A stretch of DNA of 33,057 nucleotides, taken from positions 1 through 33,057 of the IMG/VR virus record IMGVR_UViG_3300012943_000049. The stretch is one strand, 5' to 3'. Shown in pieces: positions 16,882 to 25,159 of this stretch (the first letter of the stretch is position 1; the number at the start of each line of letters is the position of its first letter). Both the position numbers and the translations under genes were made by a program. The stretch comes from a virus (taxonomy: Duplodnaviria > Caudoviricetes). The notes beneath the pieces were generated by a model, which saw nothing but the letters and a program-made list of their open reading frames with translations, searched no databases and was not told the DNA's origin.

Positions 16882-17874
16882 ATGGCTAAGCAAGACATTC
16901 TGTTCCCGGTCGGTCGACTCGTCGGCGGCAATCTGTATAAGCCGCGCACGACCGACGACAAGGGTAACCCGCTGGTTTACAAATCCGGCGCGGACAAGGG
17001 CAAGCAGCGCGAAGAGTTCAGTTTCGCCCTGGCCATCCCCAAAGTCGCCGGTCAGCACTGGGCGTCGAGTCCGTGGGGTGCGATCATCTGGCAAGTCGGC
17101 CACGCGTTCAAAGCCAACGCGGGAAACATGGGCCGTAACTTCGCCTGGAAAGTCATTGACGGCGACAGCACCGAAGCGAACAAAAAAGGCAAAAAACCGT
17201 GCGACAACGAAGGCTACCCCGGCAACTGGGTGCTGTGGTTCTCGTCGAGCTACGCGCCGCGCATCGTCGACAAGACCGGCCAACGTCCGATCGTCGATGT
17301 GGACGCCGTGAAAGCGGGTTACTACGTCCAGGTGTTCGGCAACGTCGATCAAAACGGTTCCGAAGAATCGCCGGGTGTGTACCTGAATTTCCAATTCGTA
17401 TCGCTGCAAGCCTACGGCGCGGAAATCTCGTTCGGTGCTGACGCATCGCAAATCGGTTTCGGTCAGGAAGCGTTGCCCGCTGGCGCCACCGCCGTTCCCG
17501 AAGGTGCGTACAACGGTCCCGCCGCTGCCCCCGCTCCGACCGCTCCCCCGCCTGGTGCACCGGCCGTCCCTACGTCTGCGCCGACGACGCCACCGCCCCC
17601 TGCGACGGTTGCCCCTTCGGCGCCTCCCGCTGGTGCGGTTTCTGCCCCTAGCACGCCGCCGCCCCCGGCAACCGTGGTTACGCCGAACTATGGCGCTTTG
17701 CCCGCGGTACCTGGTGCAACGCCGCCGCCCCCGGCTGCACCTGTTGCCCCCGCAGCACCGGCCGCAACTGTCGGTCCGCAACTGACCGCCAAGGCCGCGG
17801 ACGTCACGTACGAACAGTTCCTAGCCAATGGCTGGACTGACGACACGTTGCGTGCCAACGGCTATTTGCTCTAA
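16882..17874 (+). CDS. Phage single-stranded DNA-binding protein (DUF2815-like) with Pro/Ala linker and small C-terminal domain
   Basis: AAGGAG RBS; PVGRLVGG, WKVIDGD, AGYYVQV, PGVYLN; located between exonuclease and polymerase. Confidence 0.8.
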   Translation: MAKQDILFPVGRLVGGNLYKPRTTDDKGNPLVYKSGADKGKQREEFSFALAIPKVAGQHWASSPWGAIIWQVGHAFKANAGNMGRNFAWKVIDGDSTEANKKGKKPCDNEGYPGNWVLWFSSSYAPRIVDKTGQRPIVDVDAVKAGYYVQVFGNVDQNGSEESPGVYLNFQFVSLQAYGAEISFGADASQIGFGQEALPAGATAVPEGAYNGPAAAPAPTAPPPGAPAVPTSAPTTPPPPATVAPSAPPAGAVSAPSTPPPPATVVTPNYGALPAVPGATPPPPAAPVAPAAPAATVGPQLTAKAADVTYEQFLANGWTDDTLRANGYLL

Positions 17875-17882
17875 CCACGCTG

Positions 17883-17905
17883 CCCCGGCTTCGGCCGGGG
17901 TTTTT
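17883..17905 (+). terminator. Rho-independent terminator
   Basis: CCCCGGC-TTCG-GCCGGGG-TTTTT just after the SSB stop. Confidence 0.9.
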
Positions 17906-17923
17906 CATCTACCTGGAATACCT

Positions 17924-18196
17924 ATGAAAATTCAACGCCAAGAAAACATAGATCACGGCATGACGTTTGATGTTCAGTTTTCCGCGCAGGAAGTCAAAGA
18001 CATCTTGTTCGCCGCAGCATTCCGCGCCGTGTCGGGTGAACGTATCGAAGGTTCTACGCTCGTCAACCATCCGCTGTTCGCGTTGATGAATGATGTTCAA
18101 ACCATCGGCGACTACAAGGCCGACGACAGCGGCGGGGTTATCGTCAGCGGTAAAGTCACCGTTACGCCGCTGATCGCTAAAGGGGACGCGGAATGA
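17924..18196 (+). CDS. Hypothetical protein
   Basis: ATG 17924 (MKIQRQ...); ATGA overlap with the next gene. Confidence 0.75.
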   Translation: MKIQRQENIDHGMTFDVQFSAQEVKDILFAAAFRAVSGERIEGSTLVNHPLFALMNDVQTIGDYKADDSGGVIVSGKVTVTPLIAKGDAE

Positions 18197-19212
18197 AAAT
18201 CCTACGATCACACACTGGCGCAAACGGCGAACTGCGGCACGATGTCGAACTCACCGCCGCTGAAGTGAAAATGCTCCAAGACGGAGCACTGCCTCACGCG
18301 TCGTCCGTCCAGTTCAAAGCCAGCGACACGCAAGTCGACGGCGATCACTACCGCAGCATGGGCGACACTCAACCATGGGACGTGCTGTCCAAGTGGCTCA
18401 CGCCTGAAGAATACCGCGGTTATCAGAAAGGCGTGGCTATCGGCTACCTCGCACGGGAACAGGCGAAGGGCGGCGATTCGGACATCCGTAAAGCCGCTCA
18501 TCATCTGCAACGCCTGATCGAAGAGTTTCCGCAGCCGGAAACCGCGGCGCAGATGGGCCAACGTGTTGCCGATATGGTCAGAAATGAAATCCGCTCGCAC
18601 GACGGTTCGTGGTCGATCAACAAAGATACCGGATTCGCAATTGGCGGCACGGTGAAGACGCCCGAACCGCTGACCGAGAGCGAAAAAGTTATCAATGTTG
18701 GTGTCGGACACAATCCGGGTACGCTGAAAGACCTATGCGTTGTGAACGGGTATGTCGGGTCGACCGACACCAAACCGCAACCGACGTACGCCCATCGAAT
18801 AGCCGACCCCGTAGTGCAGCAGCGGTTGATCGACAGTCTTACCGAGTTCTACGAATTCTGCTACGGCATCGCCCACGAAGCGGGATGGTGGGTCTTTGAT
18901 CGACACGACGTTCGTACTTACGACAGTGCTGTGCTGGAACTATGGACCGGTACCAAGCTGGGTCTGATCACGACCGAAGTGGCTGAAGCAATCGAAGGTC
19001 ATCGAAAGGGCCGCGCGGACGACCACCTGCCTCGGTTTCCCAACTGGATCGTCGAACTCGGCGATGCGCAGATTCGTTGCGGAGACATCGGCACCGGTTT
19101 GGCAAGCGCTCGCATGCTTGCGGAAGCGACCGTTGCGAAAATGCACTACAACACGATTCGGGAAGATCACAAGCCCGAGAACCGCGCCAAATCGGGCGGC
19201 AAGGGGTACTGA
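18193..19212 (+). CDS. DUF3310 domain fused to MazG-like NTP pyrophosphohydrolase
   Basis: QVDGDHY...QPWD...KGVAIGYLAREQAKGGDSDIRKAAHHL (DUF3310-like); LITTEVAEAIEGHRK...VELGDAQIR...KMHYNTIREDH (MazG-like). Confidence 0.8.
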   Translation: MKILRSHTGANGELRHDVELTAAEVKMLQDGALPHASSVQFKASDTQVDGDHYRSMGDTQPWDVLSKWLTPEEYRGYQKGVAIGYLAREQAKGGDSDIRKAAHHLQRLIEEFPQPETAAQMGQRVADMVRNEIRSHDGSWSINKDTGFAIGGTVKTPEPLTESEKVINVGVGHNPGTLKDLCVVNGYVGSTDTKPQPTYAHRIADPVVQQRLIDSLTEFYEFCYGIAHEAGWWVFDRHDVRTYDSAVLELWTGTKLGLITTEVAEAIEGHRKGRADDHLPRFPNWIVELGDAQIRCGDIGTGLASARMLAEATVAKMHYNTIREDHKPENRAKSGGKGY

Positions 19213-19213
19213 C

Positions 19214-19456
19214 ATGAAAATCAAAGAAACGACGACCCTCGAAGCGGTATTGACCAATCAGGAAGCCGACAAAGCGGTCGGGGAGGCGGTGAAAGCCGCC
19301 TTGAAATACCACGATACTACGGCCACTGGCGTACCGGAAATGCCGGGTCCGTACACGCCGGGTCCGTACACGATGGTCAAGGAGTCCATCAGCGTTTCGA
19401 CCCGTGGCAACGAAACCCTTGTGACTATCACGCGCATCAGGAACATATCGGCATGA
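19214..19456 (+). CDS. Hypothetical protein
   Basis: AAGGGG upstream of ATG 19214; ATGA coupling to the polymerase. Confidence 0.75.
   Translation: MKIKETTTLEAVLTNQEADKAVGEAVKAALKYHDTTATGVPEMPGPYTPGPYTMVKESISVSTRGNETLVTITRIRNISA
19342..19371. repeat. Perfect 15-bp tandem duplication
   Basis: GCCGGGTCCGTACAC x2, encoding PGPYT-PGPYT. Confidence 0.95.
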
Positions 19457-21795
19457 TTGCATTGGATCAACTGAAGCACCTACCGTACGGTACGCAACTG
19501 CAAGCCGGTATGTACGTTTCGACCGTCCTGGCTGACATGGACTTCGAAACGTACAGCGCGGCCGGGTACGTGTGGAACGAAACGCTGCGTAAATGGGATT
19601 CCCCCGAAGGGTTCAGCAGCCAGAAACGCGGACTCGGTGCGGTAGGTGCCAAGGTTTATTCAGAGCATCCGACGTTTGAGGTTCTGTCGTTGAAATACGA
19701 CTTGAAAGACGGGCGGGGCGTGCGGTTCTGGCGCCCTGGCCTACCCCTGCCGCAGGATTTGTTCGACCACGTGGCGTCCGGCAAGCTGATCGAAGCACAC
19801 AATTCCGGGTTCGAATGCCACGTGTGGCGCGAGTGTGAACGCCGTTATGGCTGGCCTGCGGTGCCCTACGATCTCTTCCGTTGCTCGATGGCTAAGGCAC
19901 GCGCGTGGTCGCTACCTGGCGCGCTTGACGCAGCCACCGAAGTCATGGGCACGCTCGCCAAGGACAAGGAAGGTAAGCGGCTGATTAATATGTTCAGCGT
20001 CCCGCAGAAACCGACGGCGAAACGTCCCGCCTTGCGAATCATGCCGGAAGATGAACCCGAAGAGTTCGCTAAGTTCGTTCAGTACAACGAAATAGACATC
20101 GTGGCTGAAGCGCATCTTTCGGCCAACACGCCCGACCTGTCGCCCATCGAGTTGGAGCATTGGCAATACGATCAGTTGATCAACCGCCGCGGCGTCCACA
20201 TCGACATTGAAGCGGTTCGGGGCGGGATCTCGATACTGCAACAAGCGCACGCCAAGTACGGCGAAGAAATGCGAGGGCTCACGGGCGGCATAGCGCCGAC
20301 TGAAGTGGCGCAGTTACAAGGATGGTGCAACGCGCTGGGCGCTCGTTTGCAAGCGATGGACGAAGACGCATTGACGGCCGAATTGAAACGTGACGATTTG
20401 CCGGCGTCCGTTCACCGTGTGCTCACCATTCGATCGCTGTTGTCGTCGGCCAGCGTAAAAAAGCTGTACTCCATGCTCCACCAGGTCGACAGCCGTGGGC
20501 GATTGACAGACCTGTACAAATTCCACGCCGCCCGCACTGGCCGACCAACCGGCGCCGACGTTCAACCGACCAACCTGCCACGCTCCGGACCAGATGTATG
20601 GCGTTGTTTCTGCGGAAAGTGGTACGGCCATACTCGGCCACACTGCCCTTGGTGTTTGCGTCAAACGAATAACCGTGTGAATAAAGATGCGGAAGTATTG
20701 CCCGCGAACGCTAAACCGTTGGAGTGGAATCCCTATGCGATGAAAGACGCGATTACGGTGATGCGCACCGGATCGCTTGCGGCAATGGAATGGTTTTTTG
20801 GAGATGCGCTGCATACGCTCGCGGGTTGCCTGCGCGGTATGTTTGACGCTGCGCCGAAACACAAACTCGTTTCATCAGATTGGACCGCGATTGAAGCCGT
20901 GGTACTTGCGTGTCTGGCCGGCGAACAGTGGCGCATTGATTTGTTCCGTGCGCAAGGGCCGTTGTACGAAACGTCGGGTGCGATGATAGGCGGTGTCAGT
21001 GTTCAAGAGCTGCTTGATTACGCCGAGCAAACCGGGCAAAAACATCAGCTACGCCAAGTGGGAAAAGTTTCCGAGCTTGCTCTAGGATTTGGAGGTTGGG
21101 TACGTGCGTGGCTCGCAATGGAAGACAACTGTCAACGCAGCGAGGAAGAAATCAAGGGTCACATTCTGGCCTGGCGTGAGCGTTCCCCTGCCATCGTCGA
21201 ATTTTGGGGCGGACAGAAACGCAAGGTCGGCTTCAACCAATGGCGCGACGAGTTTTACGGCGTTGAAGGTCACTTCATTCAAGCTTTGCTCAATCCTGGC
21301 CAATGGTTCTGCTTCCAGGGTTTGTACTTCCATTCGCCTGACGGCCACACGGTCTATATTCGTCTGCTGTCCGGCCGCTATCTCACCTACCATAACGTCA
21401 CTCTCACGAACTCCACACGTTGGGGCAAGATCTACGACATCTGGTATTGGGGATGGAACACCAACCCGAAAAACGGCCCGTCGAACAAGTGGATCCAAAT
21501 GGGTACGCATGGCGGGAAACTCACCGAGAACATCGTACAGGCAACCGCTAACGACTTTCTGCGCCACACGATTCCCAAGCTTGAACGCGATCACTTCCCG
21601 ATCGTGCTGCATATCTACGATGAACTTGTTGGTGAGATCCCGGACGCCGCGGTAGCGCCTGACACCGTGGCCCGCTTTGAACGCCACATGACCAACGACG
21701 AGAACGGTCCACACTGGGCAGTGTTGCCCGACGGATCACGTTGGCCTATTGGCGCCAAGGGCGGATGGGTCGATACCTGCTACCAAAAAGGATGA
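19453..21795 (+). CDS. Phage family A DNA polymerase with 3'-5' exonuclease domain
   Basis: Exo motifs DFETYS, AHNSGFE, YNEIDI; ARTGRPTG..VQPTNLP; motif A DWTAIE; motif B RQVGKVSELALGFGG; TENIVQATAND; motif C LHIYDE. Confidence 0.93.
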   Translation: MIALDQLKHLPYGTQLQAGMYVSTVLADMDFETYSAAGYVWNETLRKWDSPEGFSSQKRGLGAVGAKVYSEHPTFEVLSLKYDLKDGRGVRFWRPGLPLPQDLFDHVASGKLIEAHNSGFECHVWRECERRYGWPAVPYDLFRCSMAKARAWSLPGALDAATEVMGTLAKDKEGKRLINMFSVPQKPTAKRPALRIMPEDEPEEFAKFVQYNEIDIVAEAHLSANTPDLSPIELEHWQYDQLINRRGVHIDIEAVRGGISILQQAHAKYGEEMRGLTGGIAPTEVAQLQGWCNALGARLQAMDEDALTAELKRDDLPASVHRVLTIRSLLSSASVKKLYSMLHQVDSRGRLTDLYKFHAARTGRPTGADVQPTNLPRSGPDVWRCFCGKWYGHTRPHCPWCLRQTNNRVNKDAEVLPANAKPLEWNPYAMKDAITVMRTGSLAAMEWFFGDALHTLAGCLRGMFDAAPKHKLVSSDWTAIEAVVLACLAGEQWRIDLFRAQGPLYETSGAMIGGVSVQELLDYAEQTGQKHQLRQVGKVSELALGFGGWVRAWLAMEDNCQRSEEEIKGHILAWRERSPAIVEFWGGQKRKVGFNQWRDEFYGVEGHFIQALLNPGQWFCFQGLYFHSPDGHTVYIRLLSGRYLTYHNVTLTNSTRWGKIYDIWYWGWNTNPKNGPSNKWIQMGTHGGKLTENIVQATANDFLRHTIPKLERDHFPIVLHIYDELVGEIPDAAVAPDTVARFERHMTNDENGPHWAVLPDGSRWPIGAKGGWVDTCYQKG

Positions 21796-22031
21796 TCGTG
21801 ATACACCCCGACATTTGTGTCGTTCCTAAGGCCCTGCTGTTCGAAACGTTGCGTGTGCTGTCGCCCAAACCCTGGGACGATCACTCGCTGCTGCACGCCC
21901 GCCTATCGGCGATGCTGGGCCAGGAAATCAGCTATGTCGACCACATTCGCGACGGATGGGATCGCTACTGCCTCTATCTTGATGAGCCGACCCAGACCTG
22001 GTTTAAGCCCTTCGTATTCGGCAAGGACTAA
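21792..22031 (+). CDS. Hypothetical protein
   Basis: ATGA coupling with the polymerase stop. Confidence 0.7.
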   Translation: MIVIHPDICVVPKALLFETLRVLSPKPWDDHSLLHARLSAMLGQEISYVDHIRDGWDRYCLYLDEPTQTWFKPFVFGKD

Positions 22032-22106
22032 CGCATCTAGTGAGTACCGCAGCGTTTACCGAACGCTCATGATGGGAACCATTGTCTAACCCACTCGGAA
22101 ACCATC

Positions 22107-22829
22107 ATGAGCAAAATCGTAATGCAAGTCATTGCCGCGCAGGAAAACCAACCCGCGGTCGTCCATCTATCTTTCGCTGTCAGCACGCTCAGGCACGTCC
22201 CCCGCGTAAGGCACAAACCCGCGATCGATGTGACCATCAAGGCCGAACGGATCAACAACGATACGTATGTCGGTGTATGGGGTCGCCGCGTACTGATCGG
22301 ATCGAAAGCGCCCAAGGGGTTCGTACGGGTGCTAACGCCCGGCCCGACGCCGTTTGCATTATTCGATAGCCACAACCTGCCCAACGGTACCGCGACGACG
22401 CTCGCTGACGTGTTCGAATACGCCAGCCGCGCGGGACTCGCCAACATCGAGTTGCAAGCCGGGCCATCGACGGTACCGTTGAACAAACCTGAACCGGACT
22501 TGCTGTTGATGGGATGGGCCCTTGTGGACGCCGCCGCGTTGCCGGAACCATTGGCCGTCGTCCCTGAACTAGATGTCGCGGGCGTACCGTGGGACTCACG
22601 CATCCACAGTCGTTCAAAGACCAAGACCGGACGCGGTACTTGGGTTCGACGTAAGGCCGTAAGTGACATTTATTACGCCACTGTGTTGTCGCAGATAGCC
22701 ACGGTGCCCGTCCCTATCGAATCCGGTTCGACCGTGCTGATCCAGGTGGGCAGTGAAACGTACACGTTCACCGACCTGACGGCCACGCAGTTGCGGGAAG
22801 TGATGCTTGTACTCAATGCCAAAAACTGA
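22107..22829 (+). CDS. Hypothetical protein carrying a copy of the PWDxRIH domain
   Basis: ELDVAGVPWDSRIHSRSKTKTGRGTWVRRKAV; followed by a terminator. Confidence 0.8.
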   Translation: MSKIVMQVIAAQENQPAVVHLSFAVSTLRHVPRVRHKPAIDVTIKAERINNDTYVGVWGRRVLIGSKAPKGFVRVLTPGPTPFALFDSHNLPNGTATTLADVFEYASRAGLANIELQAGPSTVPLNKPEPDLLLMGWALVDAAALPEPLAVVPELDVAGVPWDSRIHSRSKTKTGRGTWVRRKAVSDIYYATVLSQIATVPVPIESGSTVLIQVGSETYTFTDLTATQLREVMLVLNAKN

Positions 22830-22848
22830 TATCGTCGGCTTTCGACAC

Positions 22849-22901
22849 GTGGCGCTTACCCCCGCCACTTTTACCCGGTCCCACAGGCCGGGTTTTTTTT
22901 T
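22849..22901 (+). terminator. Tandem hairpins; the second is a Rho-independent terminator
   Basis: GTGGCG...CGCCAC-TTTT followed by CCCGGTC-CCACA-GGCCGGG and a run of nine T. Confidence 0.85.
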
Positions 22902-22907
22902 GTTAGG

Positions 22908-22940
22908 CTATTGACACTAGTGTAAATAGACGATTACTAT
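22908..22940 (+). promoter_or_regulatory. Sigma70-type promoter within a 22-bp near-perfect palindrome
   Basis: TTGACA(22911)-18-TACTAT(22935); CTATTGACACTAGTGTAAATAG is a palindrome with one mismatched pair. Confidence 0.9.
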
Positions 22941-22966
22941 ACGTTCACTGAGTCAACGAGGTAGAT

Positions 22967-23245
22967 ATGTTAGACATCACGAAGCCACTCAAGCCAAAGG
23001 CGCTAGCCGTCATACGAGTTCAATGCGTGTTACAGGCGCTCGAATTTGAAGAGTGCTTTCACGAAGGACAAAGTCTTGACGCCGCGCTGATTAAAGGCGG
23101 CGGCGCCAAAGTTCTGTTTAATCGTTATCGTGGCACCTGCTGGATCACCATCCCTGACGGACGATGGTACGGAACCGAAACCGTCGACGATTGGATAGAC
23201 GAGCCTTGGGCCATCGAACTTCTGAACTTTTTCTACGAAAACTAA
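22967..23245 (+). CDS. Hypothetical protein
   Basis: GAGGT RBS; first gene after the promoter. Confidence 0.8.
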   Translation: MLDITKPLKPKALAVIRVQCVLQALEFEECFHEGQSLDAALIKGGGAKVLFNRYRGTCWITIPDGRWYGTETVDDWIDEPWAIELLNFFYEN

Positions 23246-23260
23246 CCGGAGCACCAAAGC

Positions 23261-23659
23261 ATGGCAAACCAATCGAAAGAAAAATATCTGCAAATCGGCC
23301 GTCAACGTTTCGCCAACGGTCAACCGCGCCCCACGGACGCCGACATCGCAAAGGGTTGGCAGCAGCGGGCGATCGCGGAAGGTTGGGACAACATGCAAGC
23401 CGTTGACGGTCACTCGGTCGTCAGCGACGGCGAGCAGGACGTGACGCTAGTGTTCGATCCGACTGCCCCTGTCGATCCCGTGGGCACGTGGGCACTTACC
23501 ACCGCTGAAACTCGACGAGCGGCAGAACACACCCGCAACGCCCACGAATCGCATGGGGCCGCGCTGCATCGTCGGGCCGGTGAACTGTACGACGCCGGCA
23601 ACCACGTGCGTGCCGCTCGTCTGTACGCCAAAGCAGCGGTATACCTGAACCATGCTTGA
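23261..23659 (+). CDS. Hypothetical protein
   Basis: GGAG RBS; 132 aa. Confidence 0.8.
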   Translation: MANQSKEKYLQIGRQRFANGQPRPTDADIAKGWQQRAIAEGWDNMQAVDGHSVVSDGEQDVTLVFDPTAPVDPVGTWALTTAETRRAAEHTRNAHESHGAALHRRAGELYDAGNHVRAARLYAKAAVYLNHA

Positions 23660-23738
23660 CGCGAGCTACACGCTTATGATCGCAGGCGCGGCTTTGCTTG
23701 CGGCCGTCATCATCAACTTTACGGACTGGAAACGATGA
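23652..23738 (+). CDS. 28-aa membrane peptide
   Basis: Manual translation MLDASYTLMIAGAALLAAVIINFTDWKR; tiles the gap with an ATGA overlap. Confidence 0.55.
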   Translation: MLDASYTLMIAGAALLAAVIINFTDWKR

Positions 23739-23893
23739 AAGACTTCCTATTCCTGTTCTCCGTGTGCGTCGTGATTTTCTCGTTTATCGGGATGGTCGCG
23801 AAGATCCTAGGCATCGGCCCGGCCGTGCTCATCGCCGGTTGCTTGTTGGCCGTCATCTATTTCATCATCGACTGGAAAGAAAATGAACGCTAA
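23735..23893 (+). CDS. 52-aa two-TM membrane protein
   Basis: Manual translation MKDFLFLFSVCVVIFSFIGMVAKILGIGPAVLIAGCLLAVIYFIIDWKENER. Confidence 0.7.
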   Translation: MKDFLFLFSVCVVIFSFIGMVAKILGIGPAVLIAGCLLAVIYFIIDWKENER

Positions 23894-24050
23894 ACATCGA
23901 CCCAACGACTACGAAACGCACCGTCAGCGTATCGACGCCGCACGTGAAACGATGGGCGCACGGTACCTTTGCCATCCGGCCAACCGCGTTCAACGCATCC
24001 AGCGCGGGCCGCGTGTAGGGGCAGACCGTGGCTGCTTGGAAACGAATTAA
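23883..24050 (+). CDS. 55-aa hypothetical protein
   Basis: Manual translation MNAKHRPNDYETHRQRIDAARETMGARYLCHPANRVQR...; tiles in the operon. Confidence 0.65.
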   Translation: MNAKHRPNDYETHRQRIDAARETMGARYLCHPANRVQRIQRGPRVGADRGCLETN

Positions 24051-24062
24051 GGGATACTAGAC

Positions 24063-24506
24063 ATGACCATCGACCCACGCCTAGAAAGACTGGAAAGAAA
24101 AGAAAAACAAATTGACGCATTAGGAGTATGGACCCGGGATCTACTCAGAGATTGCGTGGGTGCTGCAAGACCCAATCCAGAAAACCCTTTTGACCCGCTT
24201 TCTGTGCTGTCGAGACAGGAACAAACAAAAATATGGAATTACGTTTTCGACTGCGCTCGAAGCACCGTAAACAATGACGACAATTTCGACCTGTTGGACA
24301 TCGTAGATAGTGTTAGGGTCGTTTGTTCCGTTTTTGCCCAAAGCCTGAACTACGCATTGCTACCTGTTGACACTGCGTTTCCGGGCGTGACGACCCAAGG
24401 TGAACAGGTATCTATCTTCACACAGGTAGTGGGGGCACGGTTGCTTGCAAGTCTCGCCGCGATTGACGACGAAACGTTCGATACTCACGTAGCGTACGGA
24501 TCTTAA
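24063..24506 (+). CDS. Hypothetical protein, visibly more AT-rich
   Basis: AAGGGA RBS; 147 aa. Confidence 0.7.
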   Translation: MTIDPRLERLERKEKQIDALGVWTRDLLRDCVGAARPNPENPFDPLSVLSRQEQTKIWNYVFDCARSTVNNDDNFDLLDIVDSVRVVCSVFAQSLNYALLPVDTAFPGVTTQGEQVSIFTQVVGARLLASLAAIDDETFDTHVAYGS

Positions 24507-24561
24507 ACACCCTGATACACGGATCGGCGATACCCTTCGCTGATTCTTCGGAGAACCTATC

Positions 24562-24675
24562 ATGCTCGATATTGCCGCTCAAACCCTTGGTTACCTTGCC
24601 TGTATCGCCTGTGCCGCGTTCGTGGTGTGGGCGGCGTTGTCGGGCGAACTGGATATCAACGACGATGACCTTTAA
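24562..24675 (+). CDS. 37-aa single-TM peptide
   Basis: GGAG RBS; MLDIAAQTLGYLACIACAAFVVWAALSGELDINDDDL. Confidence 0.65.
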   Translation: MLDIAAQTLGYLACIACAAFVVWAALSGELDINDDDL

Positions 24676-24979
24676 AACCGTTCTGCCCGTGTTGACCACG
24701 GTGTCGGCTGTTGCACGTTGGATGAGTGGGGAATTTGAACGCGACGGTAAGTTGCCCCGCGTCCTAGTCCTGTACGATGTCGAATGGGACGCGATCAAGT
24801 CGGACCGCGTGTTTCGTGACTTCGGTGTCGACCTGAACGGCGATCGCGTGCTGTGCGGGATGAAAATCGAAATCGTGTGGCAGTGGGCACCAGCGAAAGA
24901 GTTGCGCGGGTATGTGCCGCCTGGTGGCTTTCCCTTCCGCGGTCCCGGCAAGTCCACACGTTTCTATTACCCGGACTAA
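24665..24979 (+). CDS. Hypothetical protein
   Basis: ATG 24665 (MTFKTVLP...) within ORF 24572-24979. Confidence 0.7.
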   Translation: MTFKTVLPVLTTVSAVARWMSGEFERDGKLPRVLVLYDVEWDAIKSDRVFRDFGVDLNGDRVLCGMKIEIVWQWAPAKELRGYVPPGGFPFRGPGKSTRFYYPD

Positions 24980-24982
24980 ACG

Positions 24983-25159
24983 ATGATGACATCCCTTCAA
25001 CGCCAACGTGTTGCGCAATTCCTATTCGCCCAGGCTTTCGATTGGCGAACCGTTTACGCGACGATCCTACGCGACGGTAAAGGCAAAGGGATCGCCCTTG
25101 GCGGCTTCACGGCGCAACTGATCCGCCAGGACCGGTACTTGACCAACCGGCCAAACTAG
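24983..25159 (+). CDS. 58-aa hypothetical protein; convergent overlap with the spanin
   Basis: Manual translation MMTSLQRQRVAQFLFAQAFDWRTVYATILRDGKGKG.... Confidence 0.5.
   Translation: MMTSLQRQRVAQFLFAQAFDWRTVYATILRDGKGKGIALGGFTAQLIRQDRYLTNRPN

Noticed and set aside
16828-17781. Long antisense ORFs (this one, 14983-15645, 13372-14010, 21082-21714, 27900-28598)
   Set aside because: These are shadows of GC-rich coding strands with no recognisable motifs, unlike the methyltransferase beta and Rz1 overlaps.
18193-21795. A hypermodified-base (e.g. Z or deazaguanine) pathway
   Set aside because: No PurZ, Que/Dpd, thymidylate-synthase-like or glycosyltransferase genes were recognised in the window.
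24367-24382. TTGACAC inside the 147-aa ORF as a sixth operator
   Set aside because: It lacks the GTAAA half-site and a convincing -10 box.
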